Numbered from the stretch's first letter, positions 48,103-57,877 are shown. The stretch: 64,000 nucleotides of DNA from Bacilli bacterium (GCA_900769695.1 CAAGHO010000048.1:4698-68697); one strand, 5' to 3'. Numbers and translations are program-made. The notes: generated by a model from the sequence alone, not told the origin.

Positions 48103-49185
48103 ATGGGATTAATTAAAGCAGCAGTAGGGGCTGTAGGAAGCACTCTACACGATCAATGGAAAGATTATATAAGATGTGAGGACTTAGGACAAGATATTTT
48201 AATGAAGAGAGTATCAACTCCTAATGGTGTTATTTCAAAAGATAGTGCTATTCAAGTTTCTCCAGGACAAATAGCAGTAATATTTCAAAGTGGAAAGATT
48301 TTAGATGCAACAGCAGAAGAAGGAATTTATACATTTGATAGTTCAACTTCACCTTCATTTTTTGCAGGACAATTTGGGGCAGTATTTAAAGAAATGTGGA
48401 ATCGTTTTATTTATAATGGCGCTCCTAGTAAAGAACAAGCAGTATTTTATATAAATGCAAAAGAAATTATGGATAATAAATTTGGTACACCTGCACCAAT
48501 TCCATTTCAAGATTGGTCACATGCAATACCAAATCAAATGACAGGAAAAGAAACTCCAATGGGAGTAAAAGTTAAATGCTTTGGTAAATATACATTTAAA
48601 ATAGCTGATCCTGCTACATTTATGCAACAAGTTGCAGGTACAGCTGAAGAATATAGAAAAGATCAAATCTGTGAACAAATGAGATCAGAAGTAATTGGAA
48701 CATTCCAAAATGTATTAAATGAATTAGGTAATTCAGTACATAAAGTACCAGTATTAGAATTACCAAGTAATACAGATGAAATTAAAAATTTAATGGATGA
48801 AAAAGTATTTGATGAACCAATTAGAAGAAGAGGAATCAGTATCGTTGGATTTATAGTAGAATCTGTAACATTAGATGAAGATTCTGAAAAGAAAATCAAC
48901 AATTACGAATTATCTGCAAATACAGCAATGCAACAAGGTACACTTACTGGAGCTTATGCAAATGCAGTTGTTGATGCAGCAAATAATGCAAATGGTGCTG
49001 CAAATGGTTTCATGGGTGTTGGAATGATGAATATGGCTTCAGGTGGAGTTATGGGTGGAGTAGCAACTAATGCTCAACCAACACAACAAACAACTCAAAC
49101 ACAAGCAGGTGCTAAATTCTGTTCAAATTGTGGTAGTCCAGTATCTGGAGCATTCTGCTCAAACTGTGGAAATAAAATTGCATAA
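48103..49185 (+). CDS. SPFH/band-7-like protein with a C-terminal double zinc-ribbon (YdjI-like)
   Basis: MGLIKAAVGAVGS...ISKDSAIQVSPGQIAVIF is followed by a Gly/Met/Asn-rich linker, then FCSNCGSPVSGAFCSNCGNKI. This is the same architecture as B. subtilis YdjI. Confidence 0.75.
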   Translation: MGLIKAAVGAVGSTLHDQWKDYIRCEDLGQDILMKRVSTPNGVISKDSAIQVSPGQIAVIFQSGKILDATAEEGIYTFDSSTSPSFFAGQFGAVFKEMWNRFIYNGAPSKEQAVFYINAKEIMDNKFGTPAPIPFQDWSHAIPNQMTGKETPMGVKVKCFGKYTFKIADPATFMQQVAGTAEEYRKDQICEQMRSEVIGTFQNVLNELGNSVHKVPVLELPSNTDEIKNLMDEKVFDEPIRRRGISIVGFIVESVTLDEDSEKKINNYELSANTAMQQGTLTGAYANAVVDAANNANGAANGFMGVGMMNMASGGVMGGVATNAQPTQQTTQTQAGAKFCSNCGSPVSGAFCSNCGNKIA

Positions 49186-49210
49186 TTTGAAATAGAAAAG
49201 ATAAAAATTC

Positions 49211-49240
49211 AAAATCAAGCAAAAAATTTTGCTTGATTTT
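49211..49240 (+). terminator. Hairpin after the SPFH gene, first element of the repeated cassette
   Basis: aaaatcaagcaaaa/ttttgcttgatttt is a perfect inverted repeat followed by a T-rich stretch. Its 3' arm contains TTGATT. Confidence 0.6.
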
Positions 49241-49247
49241 TTATTTC

Positions 49248-49257
49248 GGGGGGGGGG
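49248..49257 (+). repeat. Poly-G tract (G10) directly abutting TTATAAT
   Basis: Counted directly: ...tatttc GGGGGGGGGG ttataat... It sits ~40 nt upstream of the ATG at 49297, in DNA that otherwise has no G-runs longer than 5. Confidence 0.9.
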
Positions 49258-49296
49258 TTATAATCATTTTAGATAAGAAAATAGGTGGTATCTAAA

Positions 49297-50271
49297 ATGA
49301 AGAAAATACTAAAATTCATAAAGCATAACGTATTAGGATTCATAATGGGAGCAGTAATATTTGGAAGTTTAGGAGTATATGCGGTAACTATTATAGCAGC
49401 TTCAAATGTGGGATATTCAGATAATAATGATTTAGGAGCAGTTAATGTTCAAGACGCCATAGATAAACTAAATACTAAGGCAACAATAAAAATTAAAGAA
49501 GCAGAGGCAAAGTGTCCATCTGGAAATTTATGTGTATTTGCAAAACCAGGTGATTATGTGAAAATGACACCAACTTCAACCAGTTATACTATAACTAAAG
49601 AATTAACAGGATATAATACTGATGTAATTATTAATCCAAGTGAGTTAAACTTGTGGAGAGTAATAAATGTTAATAGTGATGGAACCCTTGATTTGGTATC
49701 AGTATATTTATCATCGACTATTGTTGCTTTTCAAGGAAAAACCGGATACCAAAATTTTACATATGTTTTAGATCAAATAGCAGCACAATATGCTAATTCA
49801 AAATACACAGTGGCTACAAGAAATATGGGTGATAATGGACAGACAAAAACCATAACTGATACTTCGATATTGAATTCTACAACTTTACCACAATCTTCAT
49901 CAACCTCAAATTTAAATGTTAATAGTACAAATGAAGCAAAAGGATTAGGTGATATAGAGTACCAGAAAGACTATAATCTAGTAAAAAATACACTAGGTAC
50001 ATTAAAAACCAATATAGTTGGTAAAAGAGAAGCTTATTATTGGTTAGCATCTCGTTGTTATATTTATGAATCATCTTCTAATTGGATATTTAGTGGTCTT
50101 AAAATTGATAATTGGGGTAATCTTAGTCCAGCAAATTTATACTATAATAATAATGGTGTTCTTACAGACAGCTTAGATAATGCTGTAATTAGACCAATTG
50201 TAACTTTAAAAGCTAATCTTGTTCCATCAAGTGGTTCTGGTACAAATTCTTCACCATACGTGTTAGACTAA
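49297..50271 (+). CDS. Secreted or membrane-anchored protein with an 'NVQDAIDKL' N-terminal motif and a C-terminal 'YWLASR...IRPIV' + 'GSGTNSSPYVLD' module
   Basis: An AGGTGG RBS precedes the ATG at 49297. It has an N-terminal hydrophobic anchor. Its N-terminal region is paralogous to 58620..59165, and its C-terminal module is shared with the 14273 and 39783 proteins. Confidence 0.6.
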   Translation: MKKILKFIKHNVLGFIMGAVIFGSLGVYAVTIIAASNVGYSDNNDLGAVNVQDAIDKLNTKATIKIKEAEAKCPSGNLCVFAKPGDYVKMTPTSTSYTITKELTGYNTDVIINPSELNLWRVINVNSDGTLDLVSVYLSSTIVAFQGKTGYQNFTYVLDQIAAQYANSKYTVATRNMGDNGQTKTITDTSILNSTTLPQSSSTSNLNVNSTNEAKGLGDIEYQKDYNLVKNTLGTLKTNIVGKREAYYWLASRCYIYESSSNWIFSGLKIDNWGNLSPANLYYNNNGVLTDSLDNAVIRPIVTLKANLVPSSGSGTNSSPYVLD

Positions 50272-50411
50272 TAAAAAATAATATAATGACTTTCGAAATT
50301 TAATCTACATAAAGTAGTAAAATTTATTAATGAAGGTAGAATCTAAAACAAATAAAAACTTGATTTTTGTGCTTTTTCTGATATACTTTAATTTGTAAGG
50401 AGACTAGTATT

Positions 50412-51362
50412 ATGAATGAAGAATTTGATTTAGCAAAGAAAAGAATTAGCGTTTTAAATAATTATGGTGAAAATTTATCAGAAAAGGACTATATTACTAA
50501 TCCAGCTATTGGTAGAGATGAACAAATAAAACAAATGATTTTGATTTTATTAACACCAGATAAATCAGCAATCTTAGTTGGTAAACCAGGTGTTGGTAAA
50601 ACAGCAACAATAGAAGGTCTTGCTTATCGTATTCAGAATGGTACTGTTCCAGATGTCTTAAAAAATTATAATGTTATTAAATTAAATACTTCAGCATTAC
50701 TTGGTGTTGATCCTGTAACTGGAGAATCAAAAGTACAAACTCTACTTGATGAATTAAAAAAACAAACAAAACTAATTCTATTTATAGATGAAATTCATAC
50801 TTTAATGGGCACTAAAGGAGAGGCCTTAGACTTTGCTAATATGTTTAAGCCAGCTCTTGACCGTGGTGATATCAAGGTTGTTGGAGCAACAACAACAGAA
50901 GAATATGAAAGATATATCTTAAGAGATAAAGCCTTTGTAAGACGTTTTCAAAAAGTTGAAATATTTGAACCTACAAGAGAAGAAAATATTGCAATATTGG
51001 TAGGTACTCTTCCTAAAATAGAGAAAAGAACAGGTGTCAAGATAGGATATTCATCTTTTGTTCAGCAACAAATTATGGCTTTTATTACAGATATAACATC
51101 AGAATATAAAAGAATCTATGAAATAGGTTCACGTTATCCAGATGTTTCTTTAACTTTAGTTCAAGAAGCTTTTTCAAATGCATTATTTGATAATAGAAAA
51201 GAAGTTAACATTTTAGATTTTAGAAAAGCAATAGAATCAAGTAAAAACATATATCAAGATGTAATAGATAAAGAACTTCCACATTTTGATGAATTATTCG
51301 CAACTGAAATAAAACAAGTAGAAGAAAAAAATACCCTTGGTTACGAAAGATTAGATGGCTAG
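50412..51362 (+). CDS. Stand-alone AAA+ ATPase resembling the D1 module of ClpA/ClpB/ClpC
   Basis: AIGRDEQIKQMILILLTPDKSAILVGKPGVGKTATIEGLAYRIQNGTVP is present, with Walker B LFIDEIHTLMG, then GDIKVVGATTTEEYERYILRDKAFVRRFQKVEI. It is only 316 aa, with no N-domain and no D2. Confidence 0.75.
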   Translation: MNEEFDLAKKRISVLNNYGENLSEKDYITNPAIGRDEQIKQMILILLTPDKSAILVGKPGVGKTATIEGLAYRIQNGTVPDVLKNYNVIKLNTSALLGVDPVTGESKVQTLLDELKKQTKLILFIDEIHTLMGTKGEALDFANMFKPALDRGDIKVVGATTTEEYERYILRDKAFVRRFQKVEIFEPTREENIAILVGTLPKIEKRTGVKIGYSSFVQQQIMAFITDITSEYKRIYEIGSRYPDVSLTLVQEAFSNALFDNRKEVNILDFRKAIESSKNIYQDVIDKELPHFDELFATEIKQVEEKNTLGYERLDG

Positions 51363-51750
51363 AATGATAAAGAAAATAATTTATATTATCAGTATTATTT
51401 CTTTAGGTGTACTAACAATCTTAACGAGTCAAATGATTCCAATTATTTTTCAAGCTAATTTACAAGGAATATTTTATCTAATAACGGTTATAGGATTACT
51501 TATATTCGAATTAATAGAGTTGATTATATCAAAGAAAATAATTAAAAAAATGTATGGTTATAATATTATGATAATTCTAATATCAATTTATTTAAGTATT
51601 ATATATTGTGTGATTTATAGTAATAATGCCTTAAATAGTATTAAATATTATAAAGATAATTTTTTAATAGTAAGTATTTTAATAATATTAACTATTATAA
51701 GTTATTTTTTTATAAAAAATGATTTTAAATCTCAAAGGGAAAATAGATGA
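51355..51750 (+). CDS. Small 4-TM membrane protein overlapping the AAA+ gene
   Basis: 131 aa. Its start overlaps the AAA+ stop (ATGGCTAG). Confidence 0.45.
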   Translation: MARMIKKIIYIISIISLGVLTILTSQMIPIIFQANLQGIFYLITVIGLLIFELIELIISKKIIKKMYGYNIMIILISIYLSIIYCVIYSNNALNSIKYYKDNFLIVSILIILTIISYFFIKNDFKSQRENR

Positions 51751-51827
51751 AAAATCTATTTTTTTTCCTCTTAGTTTGCTTTTTTTTAAATAATTAGTAT
51801 ATAATATTTAAAAGGAGAGTAGATAAT

Positions 51828-53609
51828 ATGTGTGGAATTGTTGGATACATAGGAAAAAGAAACGCTATAGATATTTTACTTGATGGTTTGAAAAAATTAG
51901 AATATAGAGGATATGACTCTGCAGGAGTTTGTTTATATGATTCTTCTAATATAGAAATAATTAAAAGTGTTGGAAGAATTAAAAATTTAGAAGAAAAACT
52001 AGATTTTTCTAAAGTCAGTAAATACAGTCGAGGTATTGCTCATACAAGATGGGCAACTCATGGAAATGTAACAGAAGAGAATGCTCATCCTCATCAAGTG
52101 GGAAAAATTACTTTAGTACATAATGGTATAATTGAAAATGCTGATATCTTGAAAGATGAATTAATAAAAAAAGGTTATGTTTTTAAATCTAATACTGATA
52201 CTGAAGTAGTTGCAGCCTTACTTGATTATAATTATGAAGAAGACTTTCTAAAGACAATAGATAAATCTATGAAAACTTTAAAGGGAAGTTATGCTTTAGG
52301 AATAATTGTTGAAAAAGATACTAGTAAGATATATGCTGTAAAAAAAGATTCACCACTTGTTCTTGGAACAGGAGAAGGTGAAAATTTCTTTGCTAGTGAT
52401 ATTACTGCTATTAATACTTATACAAATGACTTTATATTTTTAGATGAAGGTGAAGTAGCAGTAGTAACTGATAAAGATATAACAGTTTACAAAGATTTAA
52501 AAAAGGTTGATAAAAAAATAGATACTATTGTAGTTGATTTAGAAAGTAAGAGTAAAAATGGTTATTCCCATTATATGTTAAAAGAAATTAATGAAGAGCC
52601 TGTTGTTCTTGAAAAAACTTTAAAACCATATTTAGATAATTTAGATTTAATACCAGATATAAGTGAGTATGAAGTAATTCATATTGTAGCATGTGGTTCT
52701 GCGATGTATGCTGGTATGGTTGCTAAATATTTACTAGAAGAAAAAGCAAATGTAGAAGTTATGGTTGATGTTGCTAGTGAATACCGTTACAGAAATATAA
52801 ATTATAATCGCAAAACATTAGTTATTTTAATTTCTCAATCAGGAGAAACAGCTGATACTATTGCCGCTATGAGATTTGCTAAAGAAAAAGGTCAAACTAC
52901 ATTAGCAATTGTTAATGTTAAGACTTCAACTATTGCAAGAGAATCAACCAAGGCTTTATTTATAGAAGCAGGAGAAGAAATAGCAGTTGCAACAACTAAA
53001 GCTTATCTATTACAAGTAGCACTTCTATCACTTTTAAGTTTGAAACTTGCTTATGATAAAAAATTAATTGATGATATAACTCCATATCTAGATGAGTTTA
53101 GAGTAATTCCTAAATTAGTAAAGGAAACAATAGATAAAGATAATAATTATAAATCTATCGCAAATGAAATCTATGAAAAAAATAACTCATTCTTCATAGG
53201 AAGAAAGATTGACTATGCATACTGTCTAGAAGGAAGTTTAAAATTAAAAGAAGTTTCTTATATTCACTCTGAGGCATATCAAGCAGGAGAGTTAAAACAT
53301 GGAACAATTTCTTTAATAGATGAAGGTATGCCAGTATTTGGAATCTTAACAGATGAAGATATTATTCCCAAAACTTTATCAAATGTTATTGAAACTAAAG
53401 CTCGTGGTGCAAAAGCAATTATTATTACCTCAAGTTCTGATTTAGGAAAAGACTTTGATTTAGTAATTAATGTTCCTAAACTAAGTATGTTTACTCAAGG
53501 TTTAGTTGTTGTTCCAACATTACAATTAATTGCTTATCATACTGCATCTTTACGTGGATGTGATATTGATAAACCAAAAAATTTAGCAAAATCAGTTACT
53601 GTTGAATAA
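51828..53609 (+). CDS. glmS: Glutamine--fructose-6-phosphate aminotransferase (isomerizing)
   Basis: MCGIVGYIG is the N-terminal nucleophile. Two SIS domains are present, and the protein ends ...KPKNLAKSVTVE. Confidence 0.95.
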   Translation: MCGIVGYIGKRNAIDILLDGLKKLEYRGYDSAGVCLYDSSNIEIIKSVGRIKNLEEKLDFSKVSKYSRGIAHTRWATHGNVTEENAHPHQVGKITLVHNGIIENADILKDELIKKGYVFKSNTDTEVVAALLDYNYEEDFLKTIDKSMKTLKGSYALGIIVEKDTSKIYAVKKDSPLVLGTGEGENFFASDITAINTYTNDFIFLDEGEVAVVTDKDITVYKDLKKVDKKIDTIVVDLESKSKNGYSHYMLKEINEEPVVLEKTLKPYLDNLDLIPDISEYEVIHIVACGSAMYAGMVAKYLLEEKANVEVMVDVASEYRYRNINYNRKTLVILISQSGETADTIAAMRFAKEKGQTTLAIVNVKTSTIARESTKALFIEAGEEIAVATTKAYLLQVALLSLLSLKLAYDKKLIDDITPYLDEFRVIPKLVKETIDKDNNYKSIANEIYEKNNSFFIGRKIDYAYCLEGSLKLKEVSYIHSEAYQAGELKHGTISLIDEGMPVFGILTDEDIIPKTLSNVIETKARGAKAIIITSSSDLGKDFDLVINVPKLSMFTQGLVVVPTLQLIAYHTASLRGCDIDKPKNLAKSVTVE

Positions 53610-53663
53610 AAATGTATAAATCTTATCAATTTTTACCATTATAATAATGGAAGGAGAGATAAG

Positions 53664-54203
53664 ATGAAACTTAAAAAGATACTTGCTATTTGTTTAGGAA
53701 TTTTCATACTTGTTGGTTGTACTAATACTAATAATACTCCAAGTAAAAAAGTAGAAGATTTCTTAAGTAAATATCAAAAACTAGATGATGATGTTTTAAC
53801 CCAACTTGACTTAACACTAGATAATGATCAAGATATGAGTGACGATCAAAAGAAAGATTATCGTGCACTTATGGAAAAACAATATCAAAATTTATCTTAT
53901 AAGATTACAGACGAAAAAGAAGAAGATGACACCGCAACAGTAGAAGCTGAAATAGAAGTTTACGACTATCAAACATCAGTTACAAAATCAACAGAATATT
54001 TCAATTCTCATAAAGATGAATTTGTAACAGATGCTGATAAAGATGGCACTAAAAAGTTTATTGATTATAAGATAAAAGAAATGAAAAATGTATCTGATAA
54101 GACAAAATATACTATGACTTTTAATCTTACAAAGAATAACGGAGAATGGATACTTGATGATATTACAGATACAGATAGACAAAAATTACATGGTTTGTAT
54201 TAA
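53664..54203 (+). CDS. Lipoprotein, unknown function
   Basis: The signal peptide has the lipobox ILVGC/TNT. Length is 179 aa and the protein is acidic. Confidence 0.6.
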   Translation: MKLKKILAICLGIFILVGCTNTNNTPSKKVEDFLSKYQKLDDDVLTQLDLTLDNDQDMSDDQKKDYRALMEKQYQNLSYKITDEKEEDDTATVEAEIEVYDYQTSVTKSTEYFNSHKDEFVTDADKDGTKKFIDYKIKEMKNVSDKTKYTMTFNLTKNNGEWILDDITDTDRQKLHGLY

Positions 54204-54241
54204 GACTAGAAATAGTCTTTTTTTCTTGATATAATTTATTT

Positions 54242-54931
54242 ATGAAAAAATATAGTTTAAATAATCAAATAGAAAAAGTTTTAATGGGTAAAGCTACTAA
54301 CTTTTTAAATCCAATAGATACTAGATATGTAATTAATAGATTAAAAGGTATGGATTTTACATATAAAATATTTTATCTATATAAAGAATCAGAAAAGTTA
54401 ATTGTGTATAATGATGATGTTGATATAACACTATTTGAGATAGAATCTAAGATATTATTAACACATAGTCAAATACTTGGTAGTTTATTTTCTCATAATT
54501 TAGATGAAGCTATGTTTGGAGATATTGTTATTATAAATGATAAGTATTATATAGCTATTGTTAACAAAATAAAGAACTATTTTATTAATAATTTTAACAT
54601 GGTAGGTAAAAATAAAATAAAGTTACATGAAGTTAGTCTAGATCAAGTAAAAGACTTTATTCCTAAATATAAAGAACTTAAGATATCTATATCATCACTA
54701 AGAATAGATAATGTCATCTCTAAAGTTATACCAACTAGTAGAACTATTAGTAAAGAATTAATAGATAATGATAAAGTTTTCATAAATTATGAAGTTTTAA
54801 GTAATAAGAATTATTCTTTAAAGGAAAATGATATATTTTCTATACGTGGTGTTGGTAAATTCAAATTAATAAGTATTGGACCTCTAGTAAAGAATAATAA
54901 GTATCAAATAGTTATAAAAAAATACATTTAA
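54242..54931 (+). CDS. RNA-binding S4-domain protein (YlmH-like)
   Basis: The C-terminal LRIDNVISKVIPTSRTISKELIDNDKVFINYEV...ENDIFSIRGVGKF is an S4 domain pattern. Confidence 0.55.
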   Translation: MKKYSLNNQIEKVLMGKATNFLNPIDTRYVINRLKGMDFTYKIFYLYKESEKLIVYNDDVDITLFEIESKILLTHSQILGSLFSHNLDEAMFGDIVIINDKYYIAIVNKIKNYFINNFNMVGKNKIKLHEVSLDQVKDFIPKYKELKISISSLRIDNVISKVIPTSRTISKELIDNDKVFINYEVLSNKNYSLKENDIFSIRGVGKFKLISIGPLVKNNKYQIVIKKYI

Positions 54932-54977
54932 TATTATAAAATTACAATCTTTGACATATATTTTTTTAGGTGATATT

Positions 54978-56009
54978 TTGAAAAAATATATGTTTTTTTT
55001 ATTATTAATTCTATTTCTTTTTCCATTAAATGTTTTTGCAGTTACTGATACAGCAACATCATCGATTGTAATGGATATGGATAGTGGAAGAATTTTATAT
55101 AGTAAGAATAAAGATGAAAAAAGACTAATTGCCTCAATTACAAAAATAATGACTTCAGTTATTGCTTTAGAAAAAGGAAAATTAAATGATGAATATCAAG
55201 CTGGTGAAGAAATTTTAGAAATGTATGGTACTAGTATTTATTTGGAATATAAAGAAAAAATGAAACTAGAAGATTTATTATATGGATTAATGTTAAGAAG
55301 TGGCAATGATGCTGCAGTTGTTATTGCTAATAATATTAGTAAAAATGAAGAAACATTTGTAAAATTAATGAATGCTAAGGCTAAAAAATTAGGAATGAGT
55401 AATACTTCTTTTAGTAATTGTCATGGTCTTGATGAGAAAACCAAAAACTATTCAACTGCCTATGACATGGCTAAACTTTCAAGTTATGCTTATACTAATT
55501 TTAAAGAATATCGTAAAATCGTAGGTACTAAAAAGTATAATGTTCAAACAAAAAATAAAAGCTATTTATGGTATAACAGGAATAAACTTTTATCATCTTA
55601 TGAATACTGCACAGGAGGAAAAAATGGATATACACCAAGTGCTGGTAGAACACTTGTAACAACAGCAAAGAAAAATAATCTTAATTTAACAGTAGTTACT
55701 TTAAATGATGGAGCAGAATACGTTACCCATAAAAATTTATATGAATATGCCTTTAGTAACTATAAAAGATATAAAGTAGTAGATAAAAATAATTTTAGTA
55801 TTAGTAAATCATTTTTTAAAGACGATTTGTATATAAAAAAATCATTTTATTATCCTTTAAAAGAAGATGAAGTTGATAAAATCACAACAAAAGTTAAGAT
55901 AAATAAGAAAAAAAGATATAAAAATAATGAAGAAGTAGGAAATATAGATATTTATTTAGACAAAGAAAAAATTGCTTCAATTCCAATTTACGTAAAAATA
56001 AAAAAGTAG
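54978..56009 (+). CDS. D-alanyl-D-alanine carboxypeptidase (serine-type, PBP5/DacA-like)
   Basis: An AGGTGA RBS precedes the TTG at 54978, giving the signal peptide MKKYMFFLLLILFLFPLNVFA. Motifs are SxxK (ASITKIMT), SxN (RSGNDAA) and a KxG-like GGKNGYT. Confidence 0.8.
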   Translation: MKKYMFFLLLILFLFPLNVFAVTDTATSSIVMDMDSGRILYSKNKDEKRLIASITKIMTSVIALEKGKLNDEYQAGEEILEMYGTSIYLEYKEKMKLEDLLYGLMLRSGNDAAVVIANNISKNEETFVKLMNAKAKKLGMSNTSFSNCHGLDEKTKNYSTAYDMAKLSSYAYTNFKEYRKIVGTKKYNVQTKNKSYLWYNRNKLLSSYEYCTGGKNGYTPSAGRTLVTTAKKNNLNLTVVTLNDGAEYVTHKNLYEYAFSNYKRYKVVDKNNFSISKSFFKDDLYIKKSFYYPLKEDEVDKITTKVKINKKKRYKNNEEVGNIDIYLDKEKIASIPIYVKIKK

Positions 56010-56022
56010 GAATCTACTTTTT
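56001..56022. terminator. Bidirectional hairpin shared by convergent genes
   Basis: The stem is aaaaagtag/ctacttttt with loop gaat, spanning both stop codons. Confidence 0.5.
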
Positions 56023-56937
56023 ATTTGTTAAACGATAAAAATTAATACTTGGATTATTAAATATTCTAAATCCTATAGTTTTAGATACCAATCCTCCAGA
56101 AATATAAATATCAGTACTATTTTTCTTATAATATGGATTAATATATTTACTAGAACCTTCCTGCTTAATAATTCCTCCAATACCAGGTATTACTATTTCT
56201 CCATTTAATGAATTTCCAGCAAGAACTAAATCAGGATTATAATTAGTAATAATTTCATCTAAATCTTCAGTCTCACTCATTATAGAAATTGTATAAATAT
56301 TAGAATTGTGTGTTTCTTCATTGAAATATTTAAAAGCTTCTTCTATATTTCTTTCATTATTTACATAGCTAGAAAGCCCTACTAATAGAATAGGAGTATT
56401 ATTGTTGTATATTAGATCATAAGAATTATCTAAGATAATAAAATCACTTTGATTCATAATCGTTGTAAAAATATCCTTATTATCATCTTTACCATATACA
56501 GCATATTTACTAGTAGAGGCATTAATTTTTTTTAAAGAATTAATTATTTTTTCTTTTTCTTTAATACTTAATTCATAATTTTTATTAATTAAATTACCAG
56601 TAAAAATTACAATATCAGGCTTTCTTTTATTAATCACTTTTACTAAATTATCTAATTCTTCTTGAGAAATATTATTGCCATAATCAATATCTGTAAAGTG
56701 AATAATTTTATTTCCATTAAATGAATCAGGTATTTTTTGATTAGTAATTCTTACTTCTTTTACAATTAATCCTAGAGTAGTAGCGTATTTAGCATAAAAG
56801 TATAATGAGAAAAAGAAGATTATAATTATAATTGTTATCTTGAAGAGTAATTTTACTATTTTTTTTCTTTTTTCACGAGACTTTTCTTCTTCTATTTCAT
56901 TTTGAATATCTTTATTTTTTTCTTGTCTTGTTACCAT
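56014..56937 (-). CDS. Membrane-anchored calcineurin-like metallophosphoesterase (YkuE-like)
   Basis: A GGTGA RBS precedes the ATG at 56937. An N-terminal TM helix is followed by IIHFTDIDYG, DIVIFTGNL and LVLAGNSLNGE. Confidence 0.65.
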   Translation of the reverse strand: MVTRQEKNKDIQNEIEEEKSREKRKKIVKLLFKITIIIIIFFFSLYFYAKYATTLGLIVKEVRITNQKIPDSFNGNKIIHFTDIDYGNNISQEELDNLVKVINKRKPDIVIFTGNLINKNYELSIKEKEKIINSLKKINASTSKYAVYGKDDNKDIFTTIMNQSDFIILDNSYDLIYNNNTPILLVGLSSYVNNERNIEEAFKYFNEETHNSNIYTISIMSETEDLDEIITNYNPDLVLAGNSLNGEIVIPGIGGIIKQEGSSKYINPYYKKNSTDIYISGGLVSKTIGFRIFNNPSINFYRLTNKK

Positions 56938-57040
56938 AATATTCACCAATTATATTGTAACATAATATATAAAAAAATATTTTAAAAATTACAAAAAAAT
57001 GATATCATTAGTGTATAAGAAAAATAAGGAAGTGAAATTT

Positions 57041-57694
57041 ATGGCTACTAACAAGGGTAAAGAAAAAAAATCTACAACTAAAAAAGTAAGTAATAGCTCT
57101 ATAAAAAGAAAGAAAAATGTAAAGAAAAAGATAGATATGGAAAAGTACAATAACGATATATTTATGTTTTCAATATTGTTATCTGTCGTTTGTATTTTAG
57201 CAGTATCATTAAAATCTTATCAATTTATACTATTTGGTAATCACTTACCATTTTCATTATTGATAGTACCATTTACTATCTTTATAAGTAATTATATTAC
57301 AAAAAAATATGGTTTTAAAAATTCATTATTTTCAATAGGAGTTTCGACATTAGTAATTGTTGCTTTCATTTTATTGATAGATAATTTAACTAACAGGCAA
57401 GCAAGTATTACAGAAATAAGTGGTTTTGTAGTTACATATTTTGGAAGTATGTTTATTAACTTGTTGATTTATTATTACATAATACTTAATATGACTTCTA
57501 AAAGTATTATGATAGGACTAAACTATTTATTTACACTAGTTCTTAATTCTTTTCTATATTTATTATTCTTTCATGAATTAGTTCTATCAAGTTCATTATG
57601 GATGGAATTAACAATTTCATTTATAATTCAATTTATTATTTCTATAGGATTAATTTACTGTGATAGAAAAATAGAAAGAGGAGTAAATATTTAA
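57041..57694 (+). CDS. Polytopic membrane protein, possibly VUT/YhhQ-type (queuosine-precursor transporter family)
   Basis: An AAGGAAGTGA RBS precedes the ATG at 57041. A basic N-terminus is followed by ~6 TM helices with ...LLIVPFTIFISNYITKKYGFKNS... The family call is tentative. Confidence 0.4.
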   Translation: MATNKGKEKKSTTKKVSNSSIKRKKNVKKKIDMEKYNNDIFMFSILLSVVCILAVSLKSYQFILFGNHLPFSLLIVPFTIFISNYITKKYGFKNSLFSIGVSTLVIVAFILLIDNLTNRQASITEISGFVVTYFGSMFINLLIYYYIILNMTSKSIMIGLNYLFTLVLNSFLYLLFFHELVLSSSLWMELTISFIIQFIISIGLIYCDRKIERGVNI

Positions 57695-57720
57695 AATAAT
57701 TTATAAAAAACAAATAAATG

Positions 57721-57760
57721 ATATGACCTCATTTCTCGAATATAAGAAATGGGGTCATAT
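57721..57760 (+). other. 16-bp hairpin (one G-U pair), no T-tract on the + strand
   Basis: atatgacctcatttct - cgaatata - agaaatggggtcatat. It lies 27 nt after the stop at 57694. Confidence 0.5.
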
Positions 57761-57792
57761 TAGTGTTAGAAGATGAAAATGTTAGTAATATG

Positions 57793-57877
57793 ATAGTATT
57801 AATGATTCAGATATAAATGTAAGTAGAAATATTATGTTTAAAATACATTACTAAAATTAAGAGAATAAGATATAATA
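57793..57877 (+). repeat. Intergenic repeat, copy B (matches 45855..45948)
   Basis: The sequence is atagtattaatgattcagatataaatgtaagtagaaatattatgttt...aaaattaagagaataagatataata. Confidence 0.6.

Noticed and set aside
51751-51827. A possible glmS ribozyme upstream of glmS.
   Set aside because: The intergenic region is only 77 nt and is AT-rich promoter/RBS-like sequence. That is too short for the ~170-nt ribozyme core, and no conserved core sequence is visible.
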